Assembly: GCA_016200745.1 (NCBI GenBank)
Contig: JACQEF010000145.1
Location: 1 to 34,207 of the forward strand
DNA: 34,207 nt
Reading direction: 5' to 3'
Source of the DNA: Chloroflexota bacterium
GTDB lineage: Bacteria > Chloroflexota > Limnocylindria > Limnocylindrales > CSP1-4
The number at the start of each line of letters is the position of its first letter. Position 1 is the first letter of the stretch. Of this stretch, positions 9,533 through 18,343 are shown piece after piece. The notes below the pieces were generated by a model, which did no database searches, was not told where the DNA came from, and saw only the letters and a list, made by a program, of their open reading frames with translations. The translations under genes and the position numbers were made by a program.

Positions 9533-10695
9533 ACGGCGAACAGGTCCCGGACCGCGCGCTCGTTGCGCCCGTCCGTGTCGCGCCCGAGGCGTTCGAGCGG
9601 CTCCCGAAGGAGTCGCCGGGCGAACGATTCGGTCATCCGCTCGATCGCATCGCGGAGCTCGGGCTGCAGGTCGGGATGCCGGCGCCAGAGCTGCTCCAGC
9701 TCGGCCTCGCGCTCGAGATCGGCCCGCCGAACCAGCGCCTCCGCGGCGCTTCGCCCATCGCGCGCCCGCGACCAGTCGAGGAACTCCGAAATGGTGCGCT
9801 CGACCAGGTCCTCGACCCGTCGGTCGGAGCTGGACGCCGCGGGGCCGGTCCGCCCCTCGACGAGGGCGAGGTCGTCAGCCGTCACGAGACGATCGCCCAG
9901 CGCCCCGGCGGCAGCGGTCGGCACCGCGGGTGGCACCGACAGGTCGACCACGACCGTGCGGCTCGCGGCGAGAGCGTTCATCGCGGCCGGCCCGAGCGGC
10001 CAGGGTCCGCCGAGCGCCACGAGCACGGCCGCGAACGCGCCTGCACGCGCGCCGGGATCGAAGGCCTCGGCCTGGGCGCCCGTCTCGGACGCGAGCGACC
10101 CGGCACGTTCGTCGGACCGGCTGGCCACCGAGACCTTGGCGCCGGCAGCGATCGCCGCAACGGCCGCCAGCCGACCCATCCGGCCGGCACCGACCACCAG
10201 CAGCTTCCGACCACGGAGCGACCGCGTCCGACGCGCCATCACCTCGAGCGCGAGATCGGCCAGCGACGGCTGCCGGCCCTGCCGCCAGGATCGGGCCCGT
10301 CGCCCGGCGCGCAGTGCGAGCGCGAACAGCCGCTCGAGCTCGGAATCGAGCCGTCCGTCCAATCGGGCTGCGGCGACGGCGCCGCGAAGCTGGTGGAGGA
10401 TCTGGTCCTCGCCCACGACCACCGAGTCCGAGCCGACGGCAACGGCGATCGCGTGGCGCACCGCGTCGCGCCCGACCAGGATTCGGGCGCCCTCGGGGAG
10501 GCGGAAGGTCTCTCCAAGGCGGGCCGGATCGTCCGGGGTCGGCAGGTAGGCCTCGACCCGGTGGCACGTCTCGACCAGGATCGCGCCGCGCGGCGGCCCC
10601 TCCCGCAGCCGGGCCGCGAAGCGGCCGCGCTCGATCGCCGGGACCGTCCGGGCATGGGTCACGAGGGCCACGACCCGCTCGGGTGCCGGCGCCAT
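9529..10695 (-). CDS. hemA: glutamyl-tRNA reductase, 388 aa
   Basis: ILVETCHRVEAYL contains the catalytic Cys, with His where Asn is usual in TCNR.E. VVVGEDQILHQLR and the NADPH-binding LLVVGAGRMGRLAA are present, followed by a C-terminal helical domain. The ATG at 10695 shares one base with the regulator stop (TGATG). Confidence 0.88.
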   Translation of the reverse strand: MAPAPERVVALVTHARTVPAIERGRFAARLREGPPRGAILVETCHRVEAYLPTPDDPARLGETFRLPEGARILVGRDAVRHAIAVAVGSDSVVVGEDQILHQLRGAVAAARLDGRLDSELERLFALALRAGRRARSWRQGRQPSLADLALEVMARRTRSLRGRKLLVVGAGRMGRLAAVAAIAAGAKVSVASRSDERAGSLASETGAQAEAFDPGARAGAFAAVLVALGGPWPLGPAAMNALAASRTVVVDLSVPPAVPTAAAGALGDRLVTADDLALVEGRTGPAASSSDRRVEDLVERTISEFLDWSRARDGRSAAEALVRRADLEREAELEQLWRRHPDLQPELRDAIERMTESFARRLLREPLERLGRDTDGRNERAVRDLFAV

Positions 10696-11402
10696 CAGGA
10701 CCCCCCGGGCGAAGGCTCGCGCGAGGGCGGCTCGTCGGTGAGCGGCAGGCCGCGCTGGGCACGGCCGGCGGACACGCTGTGCCCGGTCATCGTGGCGACC
10801 AGCAGGTGGTCCATGGCGCGCTCGGCGATCTCGAGAAGATCCACGGTCTCCGCGGCGTCGAACCCGCGCCGACGTGCGGCCACCGCCAGCTCATGGTGGA
10901 AGGGCGCGCGAAACCGGAGGAAGCCCTCGACGGTCTGGCTCAGGGACAAGCCGAGCGAGGCCGCCAGCCGGCCGTAGTCGGCGGCCGTCACCGACGCCTC
11001 CTTCAGGTGGTGGGCCGTCGCCTCGGGGGTCGCCGCGTCGAGGTGCTGGAGCAGACTCGCGGCGAGCGCCTGGCCGCGTTCGCGGAACACGAGGCGCTGC
11101 CGATCGTCGAGGGCGACGACCCACGGCATGTCGGCTCCGGTGCGGCCCAGCCGCCGGTATGTCCGGGCGATCCGTGTGGGGCTGAGCCCGGCGCCGCTGA
11201 GGGACGGCCGCCTCGATCGGTCGGCCGGGAGCAGGCGCTCGAGGGCGGCTCGCGAGAACCGTCGATGGCCTCCCGGAGTCGTGAAGACGCGGAGGCGCCC
11301 GGCATCGCTCCAGCGACGGAGGGTTGCCGGCGAGACGCCGAGCAGGCGGCTGGCCTCGGACAGGCCAACCCAGGTGCGATCGGGGCCGGGACGACGGGCC
11401 AA
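10695..11402 (-). CDS. MerR-superfamily/excisionase-type (HTH_17-like) DNA-binding protein with an uncharacterised His-rich helical C-terminal domain; first gene of the haem operon
   Basis: The N-terminus WVGLSEASRLLGVSPATLRRWSDAGRLRVFTTPGGHRRFSRAALERLL is a typical HTH_17/excisionase-type winged helix. The C-terminal ~140 aa are predicted helical with no family I can name. The only canonical start that keeps the HTH intact is TTG at 11402, and it has no clear SD. Confidence 0.7.
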   Translation of the reverse strand: MARRPGPDRTWVGLSEASRLLGVSPATLRRWSDAGRLRVFTTPGGHRRFSRAALERLLPADRSRRPSLSGAGLSPTRIARTYRRLGRTGADMPWVVALDDRQRLVFRERGQALAASLLQHLDAATPEATAHHLKEASVTAADYGRLAASLGLSLSQTVEGFLRFRAPFHHELAVAARRRGFDAAETVDLLEIAERAMDHLLVATMTGHSVSAGRAQRGLPLTDEPPSREPSPGGS

Positions 11403-11442
11403 AATCTACCCAAATCTATCTGAAGGTGGACGACTCGCTCAA
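11403..11442 (-). promoter_or_regulatory. candidate promoter/operator of the haem operon: AT-rich island with a direct repeat TAGATTT-N3-TAGATTT
   Basis: The minus strand reads ..TTGAGCgagtcgtccaccttcagaTAGATTtgggTAGATTttg(TTG start). TTGAGC (11437-11442) lies 18 nt from the first TAGATT (11413-11418). The second TAGATT (11403-11408) abuts the start codon. This is the only AT-rich stretch for hundreds of bp. Confidence 0.3.
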
Positions 11443-11506
11443 TGTAGCACGGAACCCGAGCAGCACCCGACGAGCCGCCTCCACGGGAGCGGCGAGTTGC
11501 GCCGGG

Positions 11507-11550
11507 AGGAAAACGATCGGCCGGCGACCTCGCGGGGCCGCCGGCCGATC
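11507..11550 (-). terminator. intrinsic-terminator-like hairpin downstream of the MFS gene
   Basis: A perfect 12-bp stem, GATCGGCCGGCG (11515-11526) / CGCCGGCCGATC (11539-11550), encloses a 12-nt loop. On the minus strand it is followed by GTTTTCC. Confidence 0.55.
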
Positions 11551-11584
11551 CTTGCGGCCAGGCTCGATCAGCCGGCCAGATCCG

Positions 11585-12811
11585 GACGGCGACGCCGAAT
11601 ACGCCGCCGATCTCGCGGATCGCGTTGTTGGCGCCCGACGCCTTGCCTTCCTCTTCGGGGTAGACGGCCGACAGGACGACGTTCGCGATCGGAGCGAAGA
11701 ACATGCCCATCCCGATCCCGCTCACCACGAACGCCGGCACGAACGCGGCGTAGGGGACGGTCGGGCTGCTCACCGCGGCGAGCCACGCCAGCCCGACCGC
11801 CATGAGCGCAAGACCCGAGACCAGGATCGGACGCGACCCGATCCGCCCGGCGAGCAGTCCGGCGATGGGCGCCACGACGGCCGGCATCGCCGTCCACGGC
11901 AGGACCCGGAGCCCCGCCTCGAACGGGTTCAGGCCCTGGACGACCTGGAAGAACTGGGACAGCAGGAAGATCGAACCGAACATCCCGAAGTACATCAGCA
12001 GCGAGACGGCGTTCGCGGCGGCGAAGGCGCGGCTGCGGAACATGTGGAGCGGCAGCATCGGGTTGGCGGCGCGGCGCTCCCAGGCCGCGAACAGGACGAG
12101 GAGCACGGCGCCAGCGGTGAAGGCGCCAAGGATGCCGGGGTTCGTCCACCCGTCGTCGTTGCCGTGGATGACCGCCCAGACGAGCCCCAGCAGCCCGCCG
12201 CTGGCGAGCCCCAGGCCGAGGAGGTCGAGCCGGCCTTCCGGCCCGCGCGATTCCGGCAGGCGGAGAGCGGCCAGCCCGATGGCGACGATGCCGACCGGGA
12301 CGTTGAGCCAGAAGATCCAGTGCCAGTTCACGCCCTGGGCGATGGCGCCACCGACGAGCGGTCCGACCGCGATGGCCAGGCCGCCGATCCCGCCCCAGGC
12401 ACCGAGCGCCAGGGCGCGTCGCTGCGGGGAGACAACCGCGGACAGGATCGTCAGGGTGAGCGGGATGACGATCGCCCCACCCAGCCCCTGGACCGCGCGG
12501 GCCGCGATCAGCACCGTGCTCGATGGGGCGAGCGCGGCCGCGGCCGAACCCGCCGTGAAGATGACCAGGCCGATGGCGAACAGCCGGCGGCGGCCGAAGC
12601 GGTCGCCGAGGGCCGCGCCGGTGAGCAGCAGCACGGCGAAGGTCAGCGTGTAGGCGTTGACCATCCACTCGAGGTCCTGGAGCGATGAGCCGAGGTCGCG
12701 CCGGATCACCGGGAGGGCGGTGGTCACGACGAGATTGTCGAGGGAGACCATGAACAGCGCGATGGAGGTGATGGCGAAGGCCCAGGCGGCCGACGCGCGC
12801 GTGCGATTCAT
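11585..12811 (-). pseudogene. DHA2-family (EmrB/QacA-type, 14-TMS) MFS efflux transporter, apparently truncated within TM13
   Basis: The ATG at 12811 has GGAAGGAG upstream. Twelve clear TM helices are followed by the TM13 motif ASGANNAIREIGGVFGVAV. Homology-like sequence ends at codon 409 (11585). The same frame then stays open, with non-membrane Arg/Pro/Gly-rich sequence, through the terminator hairpin, the haem promoter and into the regulator gene, down to 11003. TM14 is missing. Confidence 0.6.
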
Positions 12812-12833
12812 GTTGGGACGAGACTCCTTCCTA

Positions 12834-12849
12834 GTTAGTACTCACTAAG
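12834..12849. promoter_or_regulatory. TetR-type operator palindrome upstream of the MFS gene
   Basis: The minus strand reads CTTAGTGAGTACTAAC, identical at 15 of 16 positions to the site at 13450-13465. It is an imperfect palindrome (CTTAGT-N4-ACTAA), AT-rich in a GC-rich context, and lies 23 nt upstream of the MFS ATG next to the RBS. Confidence 0.5.
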
Positions 12850-12876
12850 TTTGGACCACAAAAAAGGGGCCGCGAG

Positions 12877-13437
12877 TCAGTGCCAGGCAAAGGCACCTCC
12901 GAGATCGAGCTTGAGGTCGACGGCGTCGTCGAGGTTGCCGAGCGCCGCCGCGACGTTGAGCAGCATGCCCTCGGCGAACCAGGCGTGGATCGCCGCCGGG
13001 TCGGCACCCGACAAGCGGGTGACCGTCTCGTGCAGGACCGACCACTCCCCGCGGACCACGGCACGGATCTCCGGATCGTCACAGGCCGCGTACGCGTGCA
13101 GCTGGAGTCGCAGCATGTCCCGGTCCCTGAGCAGATCGTGGTAGCCGCAGCCCATGGCCTCGAGCACGGACGTCGGGTCCGCCGACTCCGCCGGAACGGT
13201 CCGGGCGCTGGCCTCGAACGTCGAGCGGGTCCGTTCGAAGCACGCATGGACCGCCTCGATGAACAGGTCCTTCTTCGTGCCGAAGAGCTGGAACAGGTAG
13301 GGCTGCGAGACGCCCGCCCGCCCGGCGATCGCCTGGGTGGAGGTGCCCGCATAGCCGCGGGCGGCAAACTCCTTGGAGGCCGCGGCGATCACGTCGGTGC
13401 GCCGTTCGTCGGCGGTCAGGCGGGTGGTCGTCTTCAT
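12877..13437 (-). CDS. TetR-family transcriptional repressor, 186 aa
   Basis: The N-terminal HTH RRTDVIAAASKEFAARGYAGTSTQAIAGRAGVSQPYLFQLFGTKKDLF is followed by a helical ligand-binding domain. The gene lies directly upstream of the MFS exporter and is co-directional with it. Confidence 0.88.
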   Translation of the reverse strand: MKTTTRLTADERRTDVIAAASKEFAARGYAGTSTQAIAGRAGVSQPYLFQLFGTKKDLFIEAVHACFERTRSTFEASARTVPAESADPTSVLEAMGCGYHDLLRDRDMLRLQLHAYAACDDPEIRAVVRGEWSVLHETVTRLSGADPAAIHAWFAEGMLLNVAAALGNLDDAVDLKLDLGGAFAWH

Positions 13438-13447
13438 GTCGGGCGTC

Positions 13448-13478
13448 AGCTTAGTGAGTACTAAGTAACCGTGTCAAC
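13448..13478 (-). promoter_or_regulatory. tetR promoter with an embedded operator; likely leaderless or near-leaderless
   Basis: The minus strand reads TTGACA (13473-13478), 18 nt, then TAAGCT (13448-13453). The operator CTTAGTGAGTACTAAG (13450-13465) sits between -35 and -10. Only 10 nt separate the -10 box from the ATG, and there is no SD. Confidence 0.5.
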
Positions 13479-13568
13479 CCCCGATCTTCAGGACCGTGGC
13501 GGGATGCGGCCTGGCCCCCCACCCGGGCGAGGAGGTGCCAGGCGGGGCACGGACCGCAACGCCGGGCG

Positions 13569-15074
13569 CTAGAGGGGCCGCGTGAGGTGGTGATAGGCGG
13601 CGTTCCAGCGAAGCTCCTTGCGGAAGCCGGCGACCGTCGTGCCCTCGTCGATCAGCGCGAGCTCGATCCCCGCCATCTCGGCGAAGTCGGCGAGTGGCTC
13701 GAGGCCGATCGCGCGCGTCAGCACCGTGTGGTGGGCGCCGCCGGCGATCAGCCACGATTCGACGGCGGTGCGCAGGTCCGGGCGCGGGCGCCAGACGGCG
13801 CGGGCGACGGGCAGGCGCGGCAATGGCTGCTCGGCTCCCACCACGTCGATGACGTTGGCCACCATCCGGAAGCGGTCGCCCAGATCGGTCATCCCGGCCA
13901 CGAACGCCGGACCGGGCTCGGCGTCGAAGACCAGCCGGACAGGGTCGGACCGCGCGCCGATCGACAGCGGGTGGATCTCGCAGCGCGGGCGTGCGGCAGC
14001 GATCGTCGGGCAGACCTCGAGCATGTGCGCGCCAAGCACGCTCGGGCCGTCCGGGTTCAGGTGGTAGGTGTAGTCCTCCATGAAGGACGTCCCGCCCGGG
14101 ACGCCGGTCGCCATCACCTTGACCAGGCGGACGAGGGCCGACGTCTTCCAGTCCCCCTCCGCACCGAAGCCATAGCCATCGGCCATCAGCCGCTGGGCGG
14201 CGATCCCGGGTAGCTGGCGCAGGGCGCCGAGGTCCTCGAACGTGTCGGTGAAGGCCATGAACCCACCCGCCTCGAGGAACCGGCGCAGACCGGCCTCGAT
14301 CCGCGCGGCCTCGCGCAGCTCGGCCCGACGCGGGCCGTCCGGGCCGAGCTCCGCAGCCAGGTCATAGTCCGACTCGTACCGGGCGCACAGCTCATCGATC
14401 GCCGAGCCGGGGACATCGGCGATCGCTGCCGCGAGGTCACAGACGCCGAACCCGTTCACGGTGATCCCCAGCCGGATCTGCGCCTCGACCTTGTCGCCTT
14501 CGGTGTCCGCGACGTGGCGCATCGTGTCGCCGAAGCGCGCCACCTTGAGACGATGAGCCTCGCGCCACGCGCATGCGGCGCGCGACCAGGCACCGACGCG
14601 GTCGGCGACGTACGGGTCCTGCCAATGCCCGGCGACGGTCTTTCGGGCGATCCGCAGCCGAGTCTCGATGTAGCCGAACTCGCGATCGCCGTGGGCCGCC
14701 TGGTTGAGGTTCATGAAGTCCATGTCGATCTCGCCCCACGGCAGATCGCGGTTGAACTGCGTGTGGAGGTGGAGCAGCGGCTTCTGGAGCACCTGGAGCC
14801 CGGCGATCCACATCCGGGCCGGCGAGAAGGTGTGCATCCACAGGATCACGCCGACACAGGCGTCCGCGGCATTGGCGGCGCGGCACGTGGCGGCGATGCT
14901 CTCCGACGAGGTGACCACCGGCCGGTGGACGATCCGGACCGGGATCGCCGCCGACTCGTCGAGCTGACGCGCCACCAGGCCCGAGTTCTCGGCAACCTTG
15001 CGCAGCGTCGCTTCGCCGTACATCTCCTGGCTGCCGGTCACGAGCCAGACTTCGAACTCGCCGAGCGGTTTCAT
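13569..15074 (-). CDS. araA: L-arabinose isomerase, 501 aa
   Basis: The sequence is full-length and AraA-like: [14 protein letters not shown].., [34 protein letters not shown].. Confidence 0.93.
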   Translation of the reverse strand: MKPLGEFEVWLVTGSQEMYGEATLRKVAENSGLVARQLDESAAIPVRIVHRPVVTSSESIAATCRAANAADACVGVILWMHTFSPARMWIAGLQVLQKPLLHLHTQFNRDLPWGEIDMDFMNLNQAAHGDREFGYIETRLRIARKTVAGHWQDPYVADRVGAWSRAACAWREAHRLKVARFGDTMRHVADTEGDKVEAQIRLGITVNGFGVCDLAAAIADVPGSAIDELCARYESDYDLAAELGPDGPRRAELREAARIEAGLRRFLEAGGFMAFTDTFEDLGALRQLPGIAAQRLMADGYGFGAEGDWKTSALVRLVKVMATGVPGGTSFMEDYTYHLNPDGPSVLGAHMLEVCPTIAAARPRCEIHPLSIGARSDPVRLVFDAEPGPAFVAGMTDLGDRFRMVANVIDVVGAEQPLPRLPVARAVWRPRPDLRTAVESWLIAGGAHHTVLTRAIGLEPLADFAEMAGIELALIDEGTTVAGFRKELRWNAAYHHLTRPL

Positions 15075-15147
15075 GCTGTCACTCTCTCGCTGCTGCCGGG
15101 CACGCCGAGACGCGCCTCGCTTCCTCGTCGCGATCGCCGGGTGGGGA

Positions 15148-16143
15148 TCAGTACTCGAACCTCCGCCGCAGGACGGCGTGGATCGAGACCGAGACCAGGA
15201 TCACGGCGCCGTAGACCACCTGCGGGTAGTAGTCGCTCAGGCCGATCGCCACGAGCCCGGCGCTGATCCCGCCGATCATGAACGCGCCCAGGAAGGTCCC
15301 CCACACGCTGCCCCAGCCACCGAACACCGACGTCCCGCCGACGAACACCGCCGCCAGCGTCGGCAGCAGGTAGCCGTCCCCGACGGCCGGGTAGTAGTTG
15401 ACGACCTGGAGGCTGTTGAGGAGCCCGGCGAAGGCTGCCGCGGCACCGGTCAGGACGAACAGCGTGATCCGCGTCCGACGGATCGGGATGCCCATCAGCG
15501 CCGAGGCCTGGGCGTTGTCACCGATCGAGTAGGCGTTCTGCCCGAGCCGGTGGCGGTTGAGCAGCAGCCAGGTGGCGATCGCGATGGTGATCAGCCAGAT
15601 GAACTCCATCGGGACCCCGAACAGCTTGCCGACCAGGACGTCGTACAGCGGGCTGGACGAGGTCGTGACCAGGGGGAACTGCTTGCCGCTCACGAGCGCG
15701 ACGGCCAGCCCCCGGAAGAGGAACTGGGTGCCGATCGTGACGACCAGCGAGGGGATGCCGACATACGTGACGAAGATGCCGTTGAACAGGCCGCAACCGA
15801 CGCCGGTCGCGAGCGCGGCGGCAATGCCGAGCTCGACGCTGCCGGTGAGCTTCCAGGCGGCGATGAAGCCGACCATGCCGAGCGACATGATCGAACCGAA
15901 CGACAGGTCGATGTCGCCGGCGACGATGACCATCGTGAGCGGCATCGCCACGATCGCGAAGAACGGCGTGGTCTGGGCGAACGACTGGTAGATCGGCAGG
16001 TTCAGGAAGGTCGCGGGCGCAAGGACAATGAACATCCCCCACAGCAGAGCGAACGCCACTGTGATCCCGATCTGCGAAGCCCACGGACCAAGAGCGACGC
16101 CAAACGGCCGCCGAGCCGTCCCGGCCGCCGGGGGCGCGCTCAT
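15148..16143 (-). CDS. CUT2-type (ribose/xylose/arabinose family) sugar ABC transporter permease
   Basis: It has about 10 TM helices and the BPD_transp_2-like pattern ([12 protein letters not shown]..., [20 protein letters not shown]). Its ATG overlaps the ATPase stop (ATGA). Confidence 0.85.
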   Translation of the reverse strand: MSAPPAAGTARRPFGVALGPWASQIGITVAFALLWGMFIVLAPATFLNLPIYQSFAQTTPFFAIVAMPLTMVIVAGDIDLSFGSIMSLGMVGFIAAWKLTGSVELGIAAALATGVGCGLFNGIFVTYVGIPSLVVTIGTQFLFRGLAVALVSGKQFPLVTTSSSPLYDVLVGKLFGVPMEFIWLITIAIATWLLLNRHRLGQNAYSIGDNAQASALMGIPIRRTRITLFVLTGAAAAFAGLLNSLQVVNYYPAVGDGYLLPTLAAVFVGGTSVFGGWGSVWGTFLGAFMIGGISAGLVAIGLSDYYPQVVYGAVILVSVSIHAVLRRRFEY

Positions 16144-17021
16144 GCGATCCCTCCCGTCGTGCCGGTGACGCGGTAGCGCTCGGCCTCGGTGTAGCTGCCC
16201 CCGGCGGCCACCTCGCGCATGATGTTCATGAGCTCCTCGAGCGAGTAGCGCGACGTCGGGAACTCACCGGCCACGCGCCCCCGGTCGAGCACCACGATCC
16301 GGTCGGCCACCGAGTACACGTGGAAGATGTTGTGGTCGATGAAGATCGCGGACTTGCCCGCCGCGCGAATTCCCTCCACGAAGTGGATGAGCTTCTCGGT
16401 CTCCTTGAGCGACAGGCCCATCGTCGGCTCGTCGAGGATGATGATGTCGGCCCGAAAATGGAGCGCCCGGACGATCGCGAGACCCTGCCGCTCGCCCCCC
16501 GAGAGCCCGGTCACGCTCGTGTTCGGCGTGAGCGCCGCCGAGGTGAAGCCCATCGACTGGCCCATCAGTTCCTCGGTGACGCGCCGCATCTCGTTCACCC
16601 GCAGGAACCCGAACGGCCCGCTCAGGGCCCGGCCCATGAAGATGTTGCGCCAGAGCGGCAGTTGCTCGGCCAGCGCGCGCTCCTGATAGACCGTCTCGAC
16701 GCCGAGCGCACGCGCCTTGGGGACCGTGAGCCCCTCCGCGGGCTTGCCGTTGAACCGGATTTCGCCCTCGTCCGGGCGATGGAAGCCGGTGATGATCTTG
16801 ATCAAGGTCGACTTGCCGGCGCCGTTGTCGCCGAGCAACCCGACCACCTCGGCGCGGCCGAGCCGGAAGCTGACGTCGCGCAGGACGCGGACGCCCCCGA
16901 ACGACTTGGAGACATGGCTGAGCTCCAGCCGGAGCGGCGCGGGCACACCCGCGGCTGGCGGGCGGGCGCTCTCGCGTCCGCCCGCCGGCCGACCCGTCGT
17001 CGGATCCGCGGTGTCGGCCAT
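16140..17021 (-). CDS. sugar ABC transporter ATP-binding protein (single NBD), 293 aa
   Basis: All NBD motifs are present: Walker A GDNGAGKST, Q-loop, signature LSGGERQ, Walker B IIILDEPT, H-loop IDHN. Its ATG shares one base with the SBP stop (TAATG). Confidence 0.88.
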   Translation of the reverse strand: MADTADPTTGRPAGGRESARPPAAGVPAPLRLELSHVSKSFGGVRVLRDVSFRLGRAEVVGLLGDNGAGKSTLIKIITGFHRPDEGEIRFNGKPAEGLTVPKARALGVETVYQERALAEQLPLWRNIFMGRALSGPFGFLRVNEMRRVTEELMGQSMGFTSAALTPNTSVTGLSGGERQGLAIVRALHFRADIIILDEPTMGLSLKETEKLIHFVEGIRAAGKSAIFIDHNIFHVYSVADRIVVLDRGRVAGEFPTSRYSLEELMNIMREVAAGGSYTEAERYRVTGTTGGIA

Positions 17022-18070
17022 TACCGGATCTGCTGCTCCACGAGCGGCGCCAGGAAGTCGACGTTCGACTTGTCGATGAACCCACCACCGGTGTTCACGA
17101 ACAGGCCGCTGAAGCCGTACTTCTTGGTCAGGCAGAGCTGTTCGACGGCCAGGAAGCCCTGCAGGTACTGCTGCTGGTCGATGACCAGGCTGATGTAGCC
17201 GTCCTTGATGCCCTGGACGGTGGCCGCCGAGGCGTCGAAGCCGGCCATGTAGACGGCTCCCGCCTTGAGGTTGGCGGCCTTCATGTAGGTCGGGATGGTC
17301 GATGTCAGGTTGCCATGATCGATGAACATCGCCTTGACGTCAGGATGCGCCGAGACGTACCCCGTGAACACGGCGGTCCCGTTGGCCGGATCCTTGTTGG
17401 TCGCATCGTCGATCTCGAGGTAGTCGACGGTCAGGCCGGCGGCCTGCAGCGCGTCGATGATGCCCTGCGTCCGCTCGCCGCGACCCGGCTGTGACTTGAG
17501 GCCCCACACGAAGGCGCGATCGCCGGACTTCAGGCTTCCACGCGAGATCGCCTCGTTGGCGAGTGCCGCACCGGCGTCGTGCAGAACCGCTCCGACGTAG
17601 CCGAAGCCGGCCGTGGCGTACTGCGCCTCGGCTTTCTGGAGCTCGGTGTTCATCGCCGTGACGAGGATCCCCTGGTCCTCGGCCTGCTTGATCAGCGGGT
17701 CGAAGGCGTCGTCGCCGGGGTGGCCCATGATCGCGATTCCGTCGGGCTTGGTCGCGAGCGCCTGCTGGAACTGGGTGATCATCTTGCTCGGATCCCAGTC
17801 CGACCACTGATAGGTGATGTCGGGCCCGAACGCCGCCTGGGCAGCCTTGGCGCCGTTGTAGACCACCGTCTCGAACCCGCCGCCGGCGGTGCCGCCCGGG
17901 AAGAAGACGAGCTTGACCCCGGTACAGAACTGGCCCGTTGCCGGCGCTCCGCCGCCACCGCTCGCGGCGGGTGCGGGGCTGCTCGATGCATTGCAGGCAC
18001 TGACCAGGAAGACGATGGCCACCGCCAGCACGGGCAATCGCCGGCGACGCGGCATATCAGGTCTACTCAC
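17021..18070 (-). CDS. sugar ABC transporter substrate-binding lipoprotein (periplasmic-binding-protein type I fold)
   Basis: The signal/lipobox is RRRRLPVLAVAIVFLVSAC, followed by a PBP1-like body. Three in-frame starts are possible: GTG 18121 (GAGGAGGA 7 nt upstream), GTG 18070 (GGAGGAG 7 nt upstream) and ATG 18055. I chose 18070 on signal-peptide length. L-arabinose specificity is inferred only from linkage to araA. Confidence 0.8.
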   Translation of the reverse strand: MSRPDMPRRRRLPVLAVAIVFLVSACNASSSPAPAASGGGGAPATGQFCTGVKLVFFPGGTAGGGFETVVYNGAKAAQAAFGPDITYQWSDWDPSKMITQFQQALATKPDGIAIMGHPGDDAFDPLIKQAEDQGILVTAMNTELQKAEAQYATAGFGYVGAVLHDAGAALANEAISRGSLKSGDRAFVWGLKSQPGRGERTQGIIDALQAAGLTVDYLEIDDATNKDPANGTAVFTGYVSAHPDVKAMFIDHGNLTSTIPTYMKAANLKAGAVYMAGFDASAATVQGIKDGYISLVIDQQQYLQGFLAVEQLCLTKKYGFSGLFVNTGGGFIDKSNVDFLAPLVEQQIR

Positions 18071-18343
18071 GTGAGCTCTCCTCCTGTAAGGACTGGCCGA
18101 CCAGGCGCCTCTCGAGGCCACAGGTGAGTCCTCCTCTCGGGTTGTGACCTCCCTTCTGCCTTCGAACGCGCGAACACCGGTTGCCTCACCGGTGCCGACC
18201 GGCGTGCATACCGCCGCCGCAGTCCCTGCCCGGCCCAACGACGAGCCGGGTCGCCACGATTGCCTCGCGGTGGTGGGATCCGCTCCCCGGACTGGCCCGC
18301 GACCGCCGAGCGAGGCCCGGACTTGCCGATCGTCCAAGCCACT

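Noticed and set aside
7748-10549. Very long ORFs antisense to, or out of frame with, the called genes. Examples are 7748..10549(+) at 933 aa, 198..2630(+) at 810 aa, 9264..11423(+) at 719 aa, 21733..23214(-), 25001..26488(+), 27970..29058(+) and 32505..34103(-).
   Set aside because: Their products are low-complexity Arg/Pro/Gly/Asp-rich sequences with no recognisable motifs. They lie opposite genes with strong family signatures. Stop-codon-poor alternative frames are expected at about 70% GC.
11003-11584. The C-terminal 190-aa extension of the MFS ORF as a genuine fused domain overlapping the haem regulator gene.
   Set aside because: The sequence is non-hydrophobic and low-complexity. It crosses a strong terminator hairpin and an AT-rich promoter, and it overlaps a well-supported gene in another frame. 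I interpret it as loss of the natural stop.
16140-17021. The single-NBD ABC ATPases (this one and 24201..25040) as truncated versions of the usual two-NBD CUT2 ATPases.
   Set aside because: Both contain a complete Walker A, Q-loop, LSGG signature, Walker B and H-loop. Both are start/stop-coupled to their neighbours with no leftover coding remnant. Single-NBD sugar ATPases are known in high-GC Gram-positive bacteria.
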